From an uncultured bacterium (GTDB lineage: Bacteria > Auribacterota > UBA6266), in contig CBDURG010000002.1 of NCBI GenBank assembly GCA_965369805.1, forward strand, positions 1 to 37,100: 37,100 nt of DNA. The letters run 5' to 3'. The notes under the pieces were generated by a model, which made no database searches, was not told the origin of the DNA, and saw only the letters and a program-made list of their open reading frames with translations. A program made the position numbers and the translations under genes. Each line of letters starts with the position of its first letter. The stretch's first letter is position 1. Below, in pieces: positions 35,515-37,100 of the stretch.

Positions 35515-37014
35515 ATGGAAACAAAACAAACCACTGAACTTTTTAAAGATATCGGAAAAACAAACCTTCTAAAACTTTTTGAAATAAATCAGATCATAAA
35601 TTCGACTCTGGACCTTACAGAAGTCCTGGAACGAGTACTGAAAACGGCCAGTAATGTTTTAAATTCTGAAGCAAGTTCTATAATATTGATTGAAAAAAAC
35701 ACTAATTATCTTGCATTTAAAACAGTTACCGGTAAAAAGGCAACCGAAATAAAGAATTTTAAGATAAAGGCTGGACAGGGAATTGCAGGATGGGTAATAA
35801 ATGAAGGGAAACCTACCATCTCCAATAATGTCCAGGAAGATAAACGATGGTTCGGAGATATAAGTAAGAAAATAAATTACCCAACACGTTCAATTATCTG
35901 CGCCCCCATAAAGATAAGAGAGCAAATAGTTGGAGTAATAGAAGTTATCAATAACAAATCCGGCAACTTCAATGATAAAGACCTTTCTTTGCTAGTCGCA
36001 TTTACAAACCAGGCGGCTATCGCCATTGAAAATGCCCGCCTTCACAATGAAATAGGAATAGAAGTCAAAAACTTGAAAACCCAAATACCCCAGTCAACAA
36101 AAATGATAGGCTCAGGCAATAAAATGAAGAGCGTTTATGAACTAATAAATACCGTCGCGGGAACTGACTCTACCATATTGATTCGAGGTGAAAGCGGCAC
36201 CGGCAAAGAACTCGCCGCAAGGATGATCCACATAAAAAGCCCAAGGAAACATCACCCCTTCATATGTATCAATTGCTCTGCTCTACCGGAAACATTGCTT
36301 GAAAGCGAACTCTTTGGACATGAGAAAGGCGCTTTTACAGGAGCTGTTGCCAGGAAAATAGGAAGATTTGAGCTTTGCGCAAAAGGAACTATTTTCCTGG
36401 ATGAAATCGGAACGCTATCACCCCATATCCAGGTAAAACTTTTAAGGGTTCTGCAGGAAAAAGAATTTGAAAGGGTAGGCGGAACAGAAACTATAAGATC
36501 CGAGGCCCGCATAATTGCGGCTACCAACGAAAACCTCGAGAAAGCAATCGAGGAAGGACGTTTCAGGGAAGACCTGTATTACAGAGTAAAGGTAATAGAA
36601 CTTTACATGCCTCCGCTAAGAGAACATAAGGAAGATATCCCCGACCTGCTTACATACCTTATTGAAGAACAGACAAAAGCTATGGGAAAAGTAATAACGT
36701 CAATAGAACCCAGGGCAATGGATATTCTTCTTTCATACAGCTGGCCCGGAAATATCAGAGAGCTTAAAAATACAGTCGAGAGGGCCATGGTCCTGGGAAC
36801 AGGTAAAATTCTCAAAGCAGAAGACCTTCCTGCCGAAATAAGGTCAAAACGCGCCCCAATAACAACTGATTGGATGTTAAAATCTGCTGAAAAAAATCAC
36901 ATAGAAAAAGCTGTTCAATATACAACCGGCAACAAGAGTAAAGCAGCCAAACTTCTCGGAATTTCCAGGAACAGGCTAGATAGAAAAATTAGGGAATACA
37001 ATATCAAAATCTGA
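35515..37014 (+). CDS. GAF-domain sigma54-dependent transcriptional activator (NifA/FhlA-like bEBP)
   Basis: N-terminal GAF domain; GESGTGKE, ESELFGHEKGAFTGA, FLDEIG, FREDLYYR, WPGNIREL; Fis HTH GNKSKAAKLLGISR. Confidence 0.93.
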   Translation: METKQTTELFKDIGKTNLLKLFEINQIINSTLDLTEVLERVLKTASNVLNSEASSIILIEKNTNYLAFKTVTGKKATEIKNFKIKAGQGIAGWVINEGKPTISNNVQEDKRWFGDISKKINYPTRSIICAPIKIREQIVGVIEVINNKSGNFNDKDLSLLVAFTNQAAIAIENARLHNEIGIEVKNLKTQIPQSTKMIGSGNKMKSVYELINTVAGTDSTILIRGESGTGKELAARMIHIKSPRKHHPFICINCSALPETLLESELFGHEKGAFTGAVARKIGRFELCAKGTIFLDEIGTLSPHIQVKLLRVLQEKEFERVGGTETIRSEARIIAATNENLEKAIEEGRFREDLYYRVKVIELYMPPLREHKEDIPDLLTYLIEEQTKAMGKVITSIEPRAMDILLSYSWPGNIRELKNTVERAMVLGTGKILKAEDLPAEIRSKRAPITTDWMLKSAEKNHIEKAVQYTTGNKSKAAKLLGISRNRLDRKIREYNIKI

Positions 37015-37023
37015 TTTAAAATA

Positions 37024-37057
37024 AAATTGGACGCAGACTATAGTCCTCAGCGATTTG
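37024..37057. repeat. 34-bp dispersed repeat, copy 2 (inverted relative to copy 1)
   Basis: AAATTGGACGCAGACTATAGTCCTCAGCGATTTG, 10 nt after the bEBP stop. Confidence 0.8.
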
Positions 37058-37100
37058 TTTTGCGAAGCGAAACAGCATGGGATTAACGCAGATATTATAG

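Noticed and set aside
35515-37014. Calling the activator nifA
   Set aside because: The GAF-AAA-HTH architecture is shared by many bEBPs, and there are no nif genes in the window.
15626-37100. Genomic island or prophage integrated at the tRNAs or guaA
   Set aside because: No integrase, no duplicated tRNA 3' end, and no obvious compositional shift. The locus also lies on the 5' side of the tRNAs.

Overview
AT-rich bacterial chromosomal window (roughly 38% GC by eye), probably from a diderm PVC-related lineage, judging by the PVC-style prepilin. The left part (1-16 kb) is mostly housekeeping: a 3'-truncated GT-C membrane glycosyltransferase with DPY19-like motifs behind a B12 radical-SAM gene, a ParB-like/DUF4032 plus metallophosphoesterase pair, pyk, a MarR-TolC-MFP-RND-PII-like efflux operon, a DD-carboxypeptidase, guaA, and abutting tRNA-Cys and tRNA-Leu. 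The right 21 kb (16-37 kb) looks like one integrated envelope and signalling locus. (i) A minus-strand run encodes a CHASE2 adenylate cyclase, GAF-PP2C phosphatase, RsbW-like kinase, STAS protein, MlaE, MlaF (no MlaD), a histidine kinase, an NtrC-family regulator with degenerate GAFTGA and Walker B, a prepilin, and an O-antigen-ligase/TPR protein. (ii) A FecR-LPP20 fusion and a DUF3307 gene lie divergently from the cyclase. (iii) A sigma54-promoter-led operon of exported proteins (Tyr/Arg-rich peptide, LPP20/FlgP-like repeat proteins, an unannotated 41-aa lipoprotein, an FlgT-like protein, two CsgG/FlgT_C paralogs) lies divergently from a GAF-containing sigma54 activator. All family calls come from recognising motifs by eye; no searches were run.
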